A model generated the notes under the pieces. The model was not told the DNA's origin. It did no database searches and worked only from the letters and a program-made list of their open reading frames with translations. The translations under genes were made by a program, and so were the position numbers. From an uncultured delta proteobacterium (lineage in GTDB: Bacteria > Myxococcota_A > Polyangia > Polyangiales > B10-G4): a stretch of DNA of 64,000 nucleotides. Position 1 is the first letter of the stretch. Each line of letters opens with the position of its first letter. The stretch lies in NCBI GenBank assembly GCA_963727445.1, contig CAVSGI010000002.1, positions 128,001 to 192,000 on the forward strand, in the 5' to 3' direction. This document shows, piece by piece, positions 21,501-31,802 of the stretch.

Positions 21501-24500
21501 ATGTTTACGAAAATTCTCCACCGACCAGCCCTCGCGCTGGTCCTGTCGATCGTCACCGTGTTTCTCGGGGGGCTCGGGATCGCGACCCTCCCGATCGCGC
21601 AGTTCCCCAGCGTCGCGCCGCCGACCGTGTACGTGTCCATCGCGTATCCCGGCGCCAGCGCCAACGTCCTGGTCGACTCGGTCTTGATCCCGCTCGAGCA
21701 GTCGATCAACGGCGTCCAGAACATGCGTTACATGGTCTCCGACGCCACGAGCGCCGGGGAGGCGACGATCCGGATCTACTTCGAGCCGGGTACGGATCCG
21801 AGCATCAACGTCGTCAACGTCCAGAACCGCGTGAACATCATGCTGAGCCGCCTTCCTCCGCTGGTGGTGCGCGAAGGCATCCTGGTCAGCAAGGTCGTGC
21901 CGAGCATGTTGATGTACCTCAACATCTTCAGCACCGACCCCGATACCGACCAGAAGGACCTGTTCAACTACGCCAACGTCTACGTCATGCCCGTGATCAA
22001 ACGTATCCAGGGCATGGGGATCCCGCGAAATCTCGGCAACCGAAATTTCGCGATGCGCATCTGGTTGAACCCCGAGCGCATGCGGGCCTACGACATCTCC
22101 GTCGAAGACGTGATGGACGCGGTGGCGGAGCAGAGCATCATCGGCTCACCCGGCCGCCTCGGTCAGGCCACGGGCATGACCTCGCAGTCGAAGGAGTACG
22201 TGCTCACCTACATCGGCCGCTACAACGAGCCGGAGCAGTACGCGAACATCATCCTGAAGGCGACGCCGAGCGGCGAGATCCTTCGGCTCAGAGACGTCTG
22301 CGTGCCTCCGCCCGCGCCCGAAGGGCAGGAAGACGACCCCGCCAATCAGCACGAAGGCGTCGAGCTCGGCTCGGAGTTCTTCGACATCTACTCCGACGTC
22401 GACGGCTACCCCGCGGCATCAATCGTCCTCAAGCAGGCGCCCGGTTCCAACGCGGCCGAGATCATCGACCAGGTCAAGGAGACGCTCGAGGAGCTGAAGC
22501 AGTCGTTCCCCCCGGGGATGGACTACGAGATCGCCTACGACGTCTCCCGCTTCGTCGACGCCTCCATCGAGCAGGTGCTCCACACCCTGCTCGAGGCGTT
22601 CATCCTGGTGTCGCTCGTCGTCTACATGTTCTTGGGCGACTTGCGCTCCACGCTCATCCCGACGCTCGCGGTCCCGGTGTCGTTGATCGGCAGCTTCTTC
22701 ATCCTGCAGTTGATGGGCTTCTCCATCAACCTGATCACCCTCTTCGCGATGGTCCTGGCCATCGGCGTCGTCGTCGACGACGCGATCGTCGTCGTGGAAG
22801 CCGTCCACGCCAAGATGGCGGAGACGCACTTATCTCCCTATCGCGCGACCATGGAGGTCCTTCACGAGATCAGCGGCGCGATCATCGCGATCACGCTGGT
22901 GATGACCTCGGTGTTCGTCCCCATCACCTTCGTCCCCGGCCCGGTCGGCGTCTTCTACCGCCAGTTCGGCGTCACCATGGCCTCGACGATCATCCTCTCC
23001 GGCATCGTCGCCCTCACGCTCACGCCGGTGCTCTGCGCGATGATCCTCAAGCCGCACAGCGCGAGCCACGAGCACGACAAGGCCGGCAAGAAGAGCATTC
23101 GCGACCGGATTCGGGCCATGGATACCAGGACCCGCGTGGTGTACGTCCTGTTGGGGGCACCGGTTCTCGCGGGGCTCACCTACATCGCCTACGAGCTCTG
23201 GGGACCGATCGGCTTTTTGCTGATCCTCGTGCCGTTCGTGCAGGGGCCCTTCAGCCGGAGCGTCGACAAGGTCACCAACTGGTATGCGGGCGGGATCCTC
23301 AGGCCCATCGTCACCCGCCGGGTCCTGACCGTCGCGGTGATCGCGGCGTTCGCCTTCGGCATCGTCGCCACGAACACCATCCTGCCGAGCGGTTTCATCC
23401 CCGGTGAGGACCAGGGCATCATCTACGCCGTTCTACAGACGCCTCCCGGCTCGACCCTCGAGTACACGAACGCCAAGTCCCAGGAGCTCGAGCGGATCGC
23501 CAAGGAGATCCAGGGGGTCACCAGCGTCACCTCGGTGGCGGGATACGAGGTTCTGACCGAGGGGCGCGGTTCGAACGCGGGTACGGCGATCATCAATCTC
23601 AGGGATTGGTCCGAGCGCGAGCACACCGCCAAGGAGATCATCGAAGAGCTCGAAGAACGAACGAGCGTGATGACCAACATCAAGCTCGAATTCTTCGAAC
23701 CGCCGGCGATCCCCGGTTTCGGCGCCGCGGGCGGTCTCTCCTTGCGCGTGCTCGACCAGACCCAGTCGAGCACGGCGGACTACCAACGGCTCGGAGAGAT
23801 CACCGAGGAGTTCATGGAGGCGCTCGGCGAGCGCGAAGAGGTGGGCAGCCAGTTCACCTTCTACGCCGCGGACTACCCGCAGTACGAGCTACTCATCAAC
23901 CCGGACATGGCCTACCAGAAGGGGGTGTCGGTCGAGAAGGCCCTCGAAAACCTCAACATCCTCATCGGCAGCACCTACGAGCAGGGCTTCATCCGCTTCA
24001 ACAAGTTCTACAAGGTCTACGTCCAGGCGTGGCCGCAGTTCCGGCGAATGCCCGACGACCTGAACAACCTGTTCATCCCCAACGAGGCCGGACAGATGGT
24101 CCCCTACTCGGCCTTCATGGATATCCAGAAGACGCAGGGCCTGAACGAGATCACCCGCTACAACCTCTACCCCTCTGCCGCCATCCAGCTCGTTCCGGCT
24201 GCCGGCTTCTCGACCGGTCAGGCGATTCAAGCGGTGGAAGAGGTCGCCCGGGCGACGCTGCCCCGCGGATACGCGCTCGGCTGGGAGGGTCTGTCCTGGG
24301 ACGAGTCGAGGAAGGGCAACGCAGCCCTCTACATCTTCCTGATCGTCGTCATCTTCGTCTATCTGGTGCTCGTCGCGCAGTACGAGAGCTTCCTGATCCC
24401 GCTGGCCGTCATCCTGTCGCTGCCCGTCGGCATCTTCGGCTCGTTCTTCTTCTTGCAACTGGCGGGACTGGCCAACGACGTCTGGGCCCAGTTGGGTCTG

Positions 24501-24947
24501 ATCATGTTGGTCGGCCTCTTGGGGAAGAACGCGATCCTGATCGTGGAATTCGCGGTCCAGCGGCGAAACGAGGGCGCCTCCCTCAAGGACGCGGCCATCG
24601 AGGGCGGCAGACTCCGCTTCCGGCCCATCCAGATGACCTCCTTCGCCTTCGTCGCCGGTCTGATCCCGCTCGTCATCGCCCACGGCGCGGGCGCCATCGG
24701 CAACCGCACCATCGGCGTCACGGGTGTCGGTGGCATGCTCCTCGGCACCGTGATCGGCGTCGTCGCCATCCCCGGCCTCTACTACCTCTTCGCTCGGCTC
24801 TCCGACGGGCGCGAGCTGCTCCGCGACGAAACGGACACGCCTCTGAGCGAGGTGCCGGAAGAGCATCACCCGCTCGCCGCCCGGGCCGACCCCGAACATG
24901 CGACGCACTCCGAGCCGCCTCCGGATTCCGAGCCGCCTGAAGTGTGA
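21501..24947 (+). CDS. HAE1-family RND permease, copy 2 (intact)
   Basis: Same motifs as copy 1 and highly similar to it along the full length. Confidence 0.95.
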   Translation: MFTKILHRPALALVLSIVTVFLGGLGIATLPIAQFPSVAPPTVYVSIAYPGASANVLVDSVLIPLEQSINGVQNMRYMVSDATSAGEATIRIYFEPGTDPSINVVNVQNRVNIMLSRLPPLVVREGILVSKVVPSMLMYLNIFSTDPDTDQKDLFNYANVYVMPVIKRIQGMGIPRNLGNRNFAMRIWLNPERMRAYDISVEDVMDAVAEQSIIGSPGRLGQATGMTSQSKEYVLTYIGRYNEPEQYANIILKATPSGEILRLRDVCVPPPAPEGQEDDPANQHEGVELGSEFFDIYSDVDGYPAASIVLKQAPGSNAAEIIDQVKETLEELKQSFPPGMDYEIAYDVSRFVDASIEQVLHTLLEAFILVSLVVYMFLGDLRSTLIPTLAVPVSLIGSFFILQLMGFSINLITLFAMVLAIGVVVDDAIVVVEAVHAKMAETHLSPYRATMEVLHEISGAIIAITLVMTSVFVPITFVPGPVGVFYRQFGVTMASTIILSGIVALTLTPVLCAMILKPHSASHEHDKAGKKSIRDRIRAMDTRTRVVYVLLGAPVLAGLTYIAYELWGPIGFLLILVPFVQGPFSRSVDKVTNWYAGGILRPIVTRRVLTVAVIAAFAFGIVATNTILPSGFIPGEDQGIIYAVLQTPPGSTLEYTNAKSQELERIAKEIQGVTSVTSVAGYEVLTEGRGSNAGTAIINLRDWSEREHTAKEIIEELEERTSVMTNIKLEFFEPPAIPGFGAAGGLSLRVLDQTQSSTADYQRLGEITEEFMEALGEREEVGSQFTFYAADYPQYELLINPDMAYQKGVSVEKALENLNILIGSTYEQGFIRFNKFYKVYVQAWPQFRRMPDDLNNLFIPNEAGQMVPYSAFMDIQKTQGLNEITRYNLYPSAAIQLVPAAGFSTGQAIQAVEEVARATLPRGYALGWEGLSWDESRKGNAALYIFLIVVIFVYLVLVAQYESFLIPLAVILSLPVGIFGSFFFLQLAGLANDVWAQLGLIMLVGLLGKNAILIVEFAVQRRNEGASLKDAAIEGGRLRFRPIQMTSFAFVAGLIPLVIAHGAGAIGNRTIGVTGVGGMLLGTVIGVVAIPGLYYLFARLSDGRELLRDETDTPLSEVPEEHHPLAARADPEHATHSEPPPDSEPPEV

Positions 24948-25043
24948 GGCCCACGGGCAGAGCCCTCAGTCGCGAACCTGGCCAGCGTCGCCGACTTTGG
25001 ATGCGCTCAGGGCGTGATCTCGAACCAACAATGCAGCGGGCGA

Positions 25044-25613
25044 TCAGCGCCCCTCGCCTCGAATCGACGCGAGCTCGTGCTCGGTGTGGGCGCGGATCGC
25101 CGCGGCGAGGGTGGGTCGATAGCCAGCGGCGAGGAACAGCTCGACGAGGTGGTAGTAGAAGACGAGCAGAATGGGGATCGGGTTCTTGGTGCGGGCGAGC
25201 TCGGCGAGGTTCTTGTCGGTGTCGTCACGACCTTCGATCCGGTGACCGATGCCGACCTGCGCGCCGAACGTGACGGCGAACACGGCGACCGCGACTCCCG
25301 CGCCCCAGAGCGCGTGGTCCGGCAACACGAAGGGAGTCGTCCACCAACACGACGCGAGGAACGCAATCATGATGGCGCCCATCAACATGTCGGTGAGCAG
25401 ATAGACGGGCGCGACCAGCACGATGACGAGCATCGCGAGGTCGACCGACGCGAACAACGGAACCAGCGAGAGGAGCTTCACGACCGCCCAGAGCTCGAAG
25501 GGGATGCACACCCAGTGCAGCACGCGATTCTCCCAACGCTGGTGGTACGCCTCGTGGACGCCCATCCGACGCTTCCATCCCGCGAATCCGTCGTTCGTGC
25601 CGCTGGCCACCAT
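25044..25613 (-). CDS. DUF962/Mpo1-like membrane protein
   Basis: YHQRWENRVLHWVCIP and QVGIGHRIEGR His motifs with TM helices. Confidence 0.75.
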   Translation of the reverse strand: MVASGTNDGFAGWKRRMGVHEAYHQRWENRVLHWVCIPFELWAVVKLLSLVPLFASVDLAMLVIVLVAPVYLLTDMLMGAIMIAFLASCWWTTPFVLPDHALWGAGVAVAVFAVTFGAQVGIGHRIEGRDDTDKNLAELARTKNPIPILLVFYYHLVELFLAAGYRPTLAAAIRAHTEHELASIRGEGR

Positions 25614-25805
25614 CCCTTGCCGCCCATGGTCGGCTCGGACCTGGCAGCGGATCAAGGAGCGGCCAGCGCGTGAGGGACGCGATTCGCGCGCGCCGATCGA
25701 GCAATCTTTGCCCGCGTGGCCTTGCGAGCCGCCAGCGAGCGGCCCGAATTCGGTCGTCTTTCTCGGGGTGCGTCCCGGCATGGGATTCGCGACGATAGAA
25801 GACGC

Positions 25806-26714
25806 ATGACGACTCACACGCTGCTCCTGCTCTTCCTCTCGTTCCTGGCCTGCGGGGGCTCGTCGCGACCGGCGAGCGAGCCGCCACGCGCTCGCCGGAC
25901 CGCATCGAACCGACCCAAGCCTCCGAACGCGCTCGAAACCAATGCGTCGGGGGAGGCCGCGCCAGCATCGGCGACGAAGCCATCCGAGCCGGAGGCGGCG
26001 CCCCAAATCGAGCTCCCCCCAATCGTGCGCCACTGCGCGGAGGAGCTCGTCGAGCCCGGGGACCCCGAGCGACGAACCCTCGAGGAGTGGGCCTGGGACG
26101 CCACGGGGACGTTGCGGCGCCACTTCACCCTGCGCGACACGGAGGAGTCCGAGCAGCTGTTCACGGGCGACGCGCGGACGAGGGGAGGAGCAACGATGCA
26201 CCTCCGGGGACCTCTTGGACCCCCGAGCGCGCACCGCTATCGAGAGGTCGTGACCGGCCGGCGCGTTCTGAAGCTCGACGAGGTGTGGGAGGGAATGCCT
26301 CCGCCCAATCCCGAAGATGGCATCCTCTTCACGTACGGTAGGGACGGTCGGGTCGCTTCCATCAGCCAATACGGCGAAGAGCCCAGTCACTGCCGCTACG
26401 ATCACGCGGGCCGAATCGTGGCGTTGGAAGCGCCCATGGCCCTCTTCACTTACGAGTACGATGCACGTGGCCAGCTCGTGCGCGTCGAGCACGAGGAGGA
26501 ATCGGGGGCCTACATCACACGGATCACGCGAGACGGAACCGGTCTCGTGCTCCGCTTCGCCACACAGACGCGTCCGAATCAGGTCGACCCGTCCCCCATG
26601 ACCGGTCGCTTGGACGCAGGCTGTGAAGACGTGTTCTTCCACAAATGCGCTCCTTCCCTCGCCCCGGCCCCTCCTCACGGCGCCCGCTACCAACTGCCCG
26701 CCGCGCGTCCGTGA
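25806..26714 (+). CDS. Lipoprotein with YD/RHS-like repeats
   Basis: Lipobox SFLAC; Pro-rich linker; repeats FTYGRDGRV, RYDHAGRIV, YEYDARGQLV. Confidence 0.65.
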   Translation: MTTHTLLLLFLSFLACGGSSRPASEPPRARRTASNRPKPPNALETNASGEAAPASATKPSEPEAAPQIELPPIVRHCAEELVEPGDPERRTLEEWAWDATGTLRRHFTLRDTEESEQLFTGDARTRGGATMHLRGPLGPPSAHRYREVVTGRRVLKLDEVWEGMPPPNPEDGILFTYGRDGRVASISQYGEEPSHCRYDHAGRIVALEAPMALFTYEYDARGQLVRVEHEEESGAYITRITRDGTGLVLRFATQTRPNQVDPSPMTGRLDAGCEDVFFHKCAPSLAPAPPHGARYQLPAARP

Positions 26715-26940
26715 TGAGGAACAGCCCATCGAGGTCGTCGTCACCGACGAGAACGTCTACGCCCGGCTTTGAGTCGATCTCGAGGGGGCGGCACAGCTCG
26801 ATGTCGAGAAGCTGAGCATCCCGTGGGAGGGAATCTGCAACAGAAGCACGGCCCGAAGTAGACACGGTGGTACTGATTGAACGCGTCGGGAGTCAGCGGT
26901 CGATACTCGGCGCAACGGGCGCGAAACGGGCCAGCCCCCA

Positions 26941-26969
26941 TCGACTCCCCTGCCGATGATGCGCATACT
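26941..26969 (+). promoter_or_regulatory. Sigma70-type promoter of tRNA-Leu
   Basis: TCGACT-N17-CATACT, 18 bp upstream of the tRNA; the -10 is conserved in the decayed copy at 21313-21318. Confidence 0.55.
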
Positions 26970-26987
26970 CCCGCGATCAGACGCATC

Positions 26988-27077
26988 GCCGGGGTGGCGG
27001 AATTGGCAGACGCAGGCGACTTAAAATCGCCCGTGGGACTTTCCCACGTGTGGGTTCGAAACCCGCCCCCGGCACCA
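26988..27077 (+). tRNA. tRNA-Leu(UAA)
   Basis: Acceptor GCCGGGG/CCCCGGC, D-arm GCGGAATTGGCAGACGC, anticodon arm GGCGA-CTTAAAA-TCGCC, long variable arm, T-loop TTCGAAA, discriminator A and encoded CCA. Confidence 0.97.
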
Positions 27078-27104
27078 CAAAAGGCCCGGCGCCAGCGGCG
27101 CGCG

Positions 27105-27133
27105 TTGTAGGCGGGCGCCCTTCGTGGTAGCGC
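27105..27133 (+). promoter_or_regulatory. Putative promoter of the UPF0182 gene (probably leaderless)
   Basis: TTGTAG-N17-TAGCGC with extended TG; 6 nt separate it from GTG 27140; a 27/29 identical copy lies at 21430-21458. Confidence 0.55.
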
Positions 27134-27139
27134 GCTGTC

Positions 27140-30065
27140 GTGGCTGAGCGACACGACGGCGAAGCGCGCACGCGCTTCCTCAAGCGGATCCTGCCGGGAG
27201 TGGTCCTGTTGTTCATGCTGCTCGCGCTGCCGGCGGTCGCGTCGCTCTACGTCGACCTTCGCTGGTTCCGCTCGCTCGGTTACGAGGAGCTCTTCACCAC
27301 CATCCTCTGGACGCGCATCGGGCTCGGGGTGGCCGTCGGGCTCGTCTACGGCGGGGTGCTGGCGGCGAACCTCTGGCTCGTCACCAAGCTCACCAAGGGG
27401 CTCAAGGGCGTGGTCCTCGCCGACCCCTCGGGACAGACCCGGATCGAGGTCGGGCGCATCGTCACCCGCTTCATCTGGCCCGTCGTCGCGGTGGTGGCGC
27501 TCCTCTCCGGGCTGAGCGGCTCGGCGCACTGGGACACGTGGCTGCGCTGGGTGCACGCCTCCTCCTTCGGCATCGCCGATCCCATCCTCGGCAAGGACAT
27601 CTCCTTCTACGTCTTCTCCCTGCCGGCGCTCGAGACGCTCTCCTCGTCGCTGTCGACGCTCATCGGCATGAGCCTCTTCTTCACCGCGATGCTCTACGGC
27701 GCTCGGGGCGGCCTCGCCTTCGGGCCGGGGGGCCTCGAGGCGGACCGCCGGGCGCGCGCGCACCTCCTCGGCCTCGGCGCCGCGATGCTCGCGCTCTTCG
27801 CCTTCGACGCCTGGCTCGCGCGCTACCAGCTCCTCTTCAGCACCCTCGGCCCGGTGCAGGGCGCCTCCTACGCCGACGTGAACGCGCGCCTGCCGATGCT
27901 CAACGGGCTCATCGTCCTCTCCCTCGTCTCCGCGGGACTCGTCGCCTTCGCCGCCACGCGCAAGCGCCTGGTGCTCGCCATCGGCGGCGTCGGCCTCTAC
28001 GCCGCCGCGCAGATCCTCGGCGTCAACCTCTACCCCGCCATGGTCCATCGCTTCAGCGTCCTGCCGAACGAAGCGGTCAAAGAGGCGCCTTACATCACCC
28101 ACAACATCGAGGCCACGCGCAACGCCTTCGGCCTCGCGAACGTCACCGAGCGCGAGCTCTCCGGCGAGCTCGAGCTCAGCCACCAGGACATCCTCGACAA
28201 CCGGACCACCATCGAGAACGTCCGGCTCTGGGACCACCAGCCGCTCCTCGACACCTTCGCGCAGATCCAGGAGATCCGGACCTATTACGAGTTCGCCAGC
28301 GTCGACAACGACCGCTACCGGGTCGAGAACAACATCCGGCAGACCATGCTCTCACCCCGCGAGCTCGACGCCGACAGCCTGCCGAACCGCACGTGGATCA
28401 ACGAGCACTTCACCTTCACCCACGGCTACGGGATCACCCTCGGCCCGGTGAACGTCGCCACCAACGAGGGCCTCCCCGAGCTGCTCCTCTACGACATCCC
28501 GCCGCAGACGGAGGTCCCCTCCCTCGAGGTGACGCGCCCCGAGATCTACTTCGGCGAGCGGAGCAACGACTACGTCTTCGTCCGCACCGACAACCGCGAG
28601 TTCGACTACCCCTCCGGCGAAGAGAACGTCTACGCCGAGTATCAGGGCTCGGCCGGGGTCCACCTCGACTCGTCGATGACGCGCGCCGCGGTCGCCATGG
28701 CCCTCGGCTCCTTCAAGGTCCTGCTCTCCGACGACCTGCGCGACGACAGCCGCGTGCTCCTGCATCGCAGGATCACCGACCGCGTCCAGGCGCTGGTCCC
28801 TTTCCTCCGCTTCGACGAGGATCCGTACATGGTGCTCAGGCGAGGACGGCTCCCTCGCGTGGATCCAGGACGCCTACACCACGAGCTCGCGCTACCCCTA
28901 CTCCCAGACCCACCCGTCCTATGGGGGCATCAACTACATCCGCAACTCGGTGAAGGTCGTCATCGACGCCTACAACGGCGCGGTCGACCTCTACGTGGCG
29001 GACGCGGACGATCCCATCCTCCGCACCTGGCGCCGCATCTTCCCGGACACCTTCAAGCCCCTGTCGGCGATGCCCGCCGACCTGAAGAGCCACCTGCGCT
29101 ACCCGGAGGACATCTTCAGCATTCAGACCGAGACGTTCACCGCCTATCACATGCGGTCACCGGAGCTGATCTACAACCGCGAGGACCAGTGGGAGATCCC
29201 CACCATCCGCGTCCACGATCAGCGCTCGCAGATGGTGCCCTACTACACGATCATGCGTCTGCCCGGAGAGGACGACGCCGAGTTCATCCAGATGCTGCCC
29301 TTCACGCCGGCGAGCAAGGAGAACCTGGCGGCGTGGATGGTGGCGCGCTCGGACGGATCACATCGCGGCGAGCTGGTGGTCTACGCCTTCCCGAAGGATC
29401 GGCTGATCTTCGGCCCCGCACAGGTGATGAACCGCATCAATCAGGACGCGGACATCTCGCGTCAGCTCTCGCTCTGGGATCAACGCGGCTCGGAGGTGAA
29501 CCTGGGCACGCTCCTCGTCATCCCCATCGAGGAGTCGCTGATCTACGTCTGTCCGCTCTATCTGCGCAGCAGCGGCGGGCGCATCCCGGAGCTCAAGCGG
29601 GTCATCGTCGCCTACGAGAGCTCCATCGCGATGGAGCCGACCCTCGACGAAGCCCTCGCCAGCCTCTTCGGCGAGCGGGTGGCGGAGGTCGTGGAGGCCG
29701 ACCAGGCCCAGCAGGGTGAGGTGAACATCGCCGACGCGCAGGCCGCGCAGGCCGAGACCGCGACCGCGGACCTGGAGGAGACGCCGCCCCGCAGTCTCGG
29801 CGAGCGCGCGCGCCGCGAGTACGATCGCGCGGTCGCGGCACAGCGCGCGGGCGACTGGGCGGCCTACGGCGAGGCGCTGCAAGCGCTCGAGGCGACGCTG
29901 CGCGAGATCGCCCCGAGGCCCAGCGAGGGCGGTGGCGCGGGCGCCGGCACACGCCCCGATGGCGCGCGCACCAGTATGGGGGGCACGCGCGGCAGTGGCG
30001 CCGGAACCAACACGGCGGGCGCAGGCGGCGCCCCGACCGATGCCCCGATCGACGGTGCGGAGTGA
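27140..30065 (+). CDS. UPF0182 family membrane protein; +1 frameshift near 28838
   Basis: YVDLRWFRSLGY, DPILGKDISFYVFSLP, NVRLWD, FTHGYG, PEIYFGE, NSVKVVIDAYNG and HLRYPEDIF motifs. Confidence 0.93.
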
Positions 30066-30069
30066 CTCG

Positions 30070-31425
30070 ATGGCACGCTTCGCCCTCGCCGCGAGCCTGA
30101 TCGCGATCTTCGCCCTCATCCCGCGATCGGCGGCGGCTCACCTCCTGATCACCGAAGGCGACGTGGCCGTCGTCGCCATCTACACCGGGCCCGGCGACGC
30201 CGAGGTCTCCTTTCACTTCGTGACGCTTCGCGATTTCTATCCGGGTCAGGGCATCAACTTCACGGACCGCGGCTGGCACGCGACGGGCAGCATCTTTCGC
30301 GACGACGCCCGCGAAGGGATCCAGCGCTGGGAGCCTGCGGCCGCCGCTCTCGGCGGTTCGGTCATCTTCCTGCCCGCGCACGCCGACATGGACCTCGAGC
30401 GCGGCGCCGATCAGATCTTCGCCTATGACGGGACCATCGCCGACGACGGAGCCTTCTCCGGCGTGCTGGTGCACGGGCTGAACCTGGGCGGCGACTGGGC
30501 CGCCGACGCCACCAGCTCGACCACCTCGGCGCTTCCACGCGACCTCGTGGACGGCAGCGTCGTGCTCGGCGCCTTCGCGAACTGCGCCTACGCCGGCCCC
30601 ACCAGCGGCACCAAGAGTGAGCTGCTCGCGCTCATCGACGACAACCGCAACTGGGTCTGCAGCGACACCATGCAGCCGCCACCACCCATGACCTTCGAGG
30701 TGCTGGCGGCCCTCGGCGACTACTGCGCCGAGGACGCCGACTGCGCCGACGGATTCTGCGTGCACGGCGCTTGCTGCAACTCCGAGTGTCGCCGCGATGA
30801 GGCGGGCCACTGCCAGGAGTGCAACTTCGGTCCCACCGACGTGCGCAGCGGCTTCTGCCAGGCGGCGCCCACCACTTATCTCTGCCGCGTGAGCACGGGT
30901 CCCTGCGACCCCGCCGAGTACTGCGACGGCGAGCTCGAGGCGTGTCCGGCGGACGAGCTCCACACGGCCTCGGCGGTGTGCCGCGCATCGGCGGGCGCCT
31001 GCGATCCGCCGGAGCTCTGCACCGGCTTTTCGGCGGAGTGCCCGGTGGACGTGCGGATCGACCCGGGCTCCTGTGACGACGGGGATGCATGCACGGCGGA
31101 CGGGTGCACGGCGGAAGGCACGTGCATCCACGCCCCAATCGACAACTGCTGCGGCACCGACGCCGACTGCGACGACGGCGACCCCTGCACCATGGACAGC
31201 TGCGCCGACGCCCGCTGCGCTAGGGAGGCCATCCCCATGTGCAACCCCGACGCGTCGACTCCCGTGATCCCGCCAGTCGGCACCATCGGGGGCGGCGGCT
31301 GCAGCGCCACCGGCCGCCCTCACTCCGGCTGGCTCCTCCTCCTCCTCCTCGGGGGACGGTCTACACTTTTCAACTTTTGGCGTCGGACGCGTCCGCGAAA
31401 TCGCTCGGATAATTACAAAAGTTGA
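30070..31425 (+). CDS. Secreted protein with disintegrin-like Cys repeats and C-terminal MYXO-CTERM
   Basis: Signal peptide; CR.S.G.CDP.E.C.G repeats; CDDGD.CT.D.C repeats; GGGGCSA-TM-basic tail. Confidence 0.8.
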   Translation: MARFALAASLIAIFALIPRSAAAHLLITEGDVAVVAIYTGPGDAEVSFHFVTLRDFYPGQGINFTDRGWHATGSIFRDDAREGIQRWEPAAAALGGSVIFLPAHADMDLERGADQIFAYDGTIADDGAFSGVLVHGLNLGGDWAADATSSTTSALPRDLVDGSVVLGAFANCAYAGPTSGTKSELLALIDDNRNWVCSDTMQPPPPMTFEVLAALGDYCAEDADCADGFCVHGACCNSECRRDEAGHCQECNFGPTDVRSGFCQAAPTTYLCRVSTGPCDPAEYCDGELEACPADELHTASAVCRASAGACDPPELCTGFSAECPVDVRIDPGSCDDGDACTADGCTAEGTCIHAPIDNCCGTDADCDDGDPCTMDSCADARCAREAIPMCNPDASTPVIPPVGTIGGGGCSATGRPHSGWLLLLLLGGRSTLFNFWRRTRPRNRSDNYKS

Positions 31426-31443
31426 AAAGTGTAGACCGTCCCC
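31352..31443. repeat. REPIN/MITE-like element, second locus
   Basis: Perfect 28-bp inverted repeats at 31352-31379 and 31416-31443 around a 36-bp spacer; same core as the 11237 element. Confidence 0.9.
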
Positions 31444-31466
31444 GAGGGCGGGGCGTCTGAGGGGGG

Positions 31467-31736
31467 ATGTCGAAGCGACTCTTCCGGGTGCTGGCTGCCG
31501 GTGGTGCGGCCACGATCATGTCGTTGGCCGTGGGCGCGTCCGCGCAGGACCGAACCCAGCCACGCGATACTCAGCAGACCAATTACACGTTCGATGACGC
31601 GGACGAGGTGGTCGGCGATACGGCCAGCAGCCAGGGGCTGCGGGTTCGTATCCGACTCCCGAACGAGACCCGCAGCCTCATCCGCTACCGGACCCACTTC
31701 CGCGACTCTCTGCTGAAGAGCGTCGAGATCCTCTAA
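31467..31736 (+). CDS. CglF/GltF-like small secreted protein
   Basis: Signal peptide ending ASA; YTFDD..V.GD...RSLIRYRTHF...LLKSVEIL resembles the CglF/GltF C-terminus. Confidence 0.65.
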   Translation: MSKRLFRVLAAGGAATIMSLAVGASAQDRTQPRDTQQTNYTFDDADEVVGDTASSQGLRVRIRLPNETRSLIRYRTHFRDSLLKSVEIL

Positions 31737-31802
31737 AAGTCCCGGCCGTCACGGCCTGGTCACCGGCGGCCGGGGCCGCTTCCTGCTAGGCTCCCGGTCC
31801 CC

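Noticed and set aside
25806..26714. Rhs toxin
   Set aside because: Only about three YD-like repeats, no Rhs core or DPxG cleavage motif, and no immunity gene.
16643..27077. Integrative element or prophage at tRNA-Leu with an att duplication
   Set aside because: The duplicated part is the tRNA 5' portion plus both flanks rather than the 3' end, and there are no integrase or phage genes; tandem duplication fits better.
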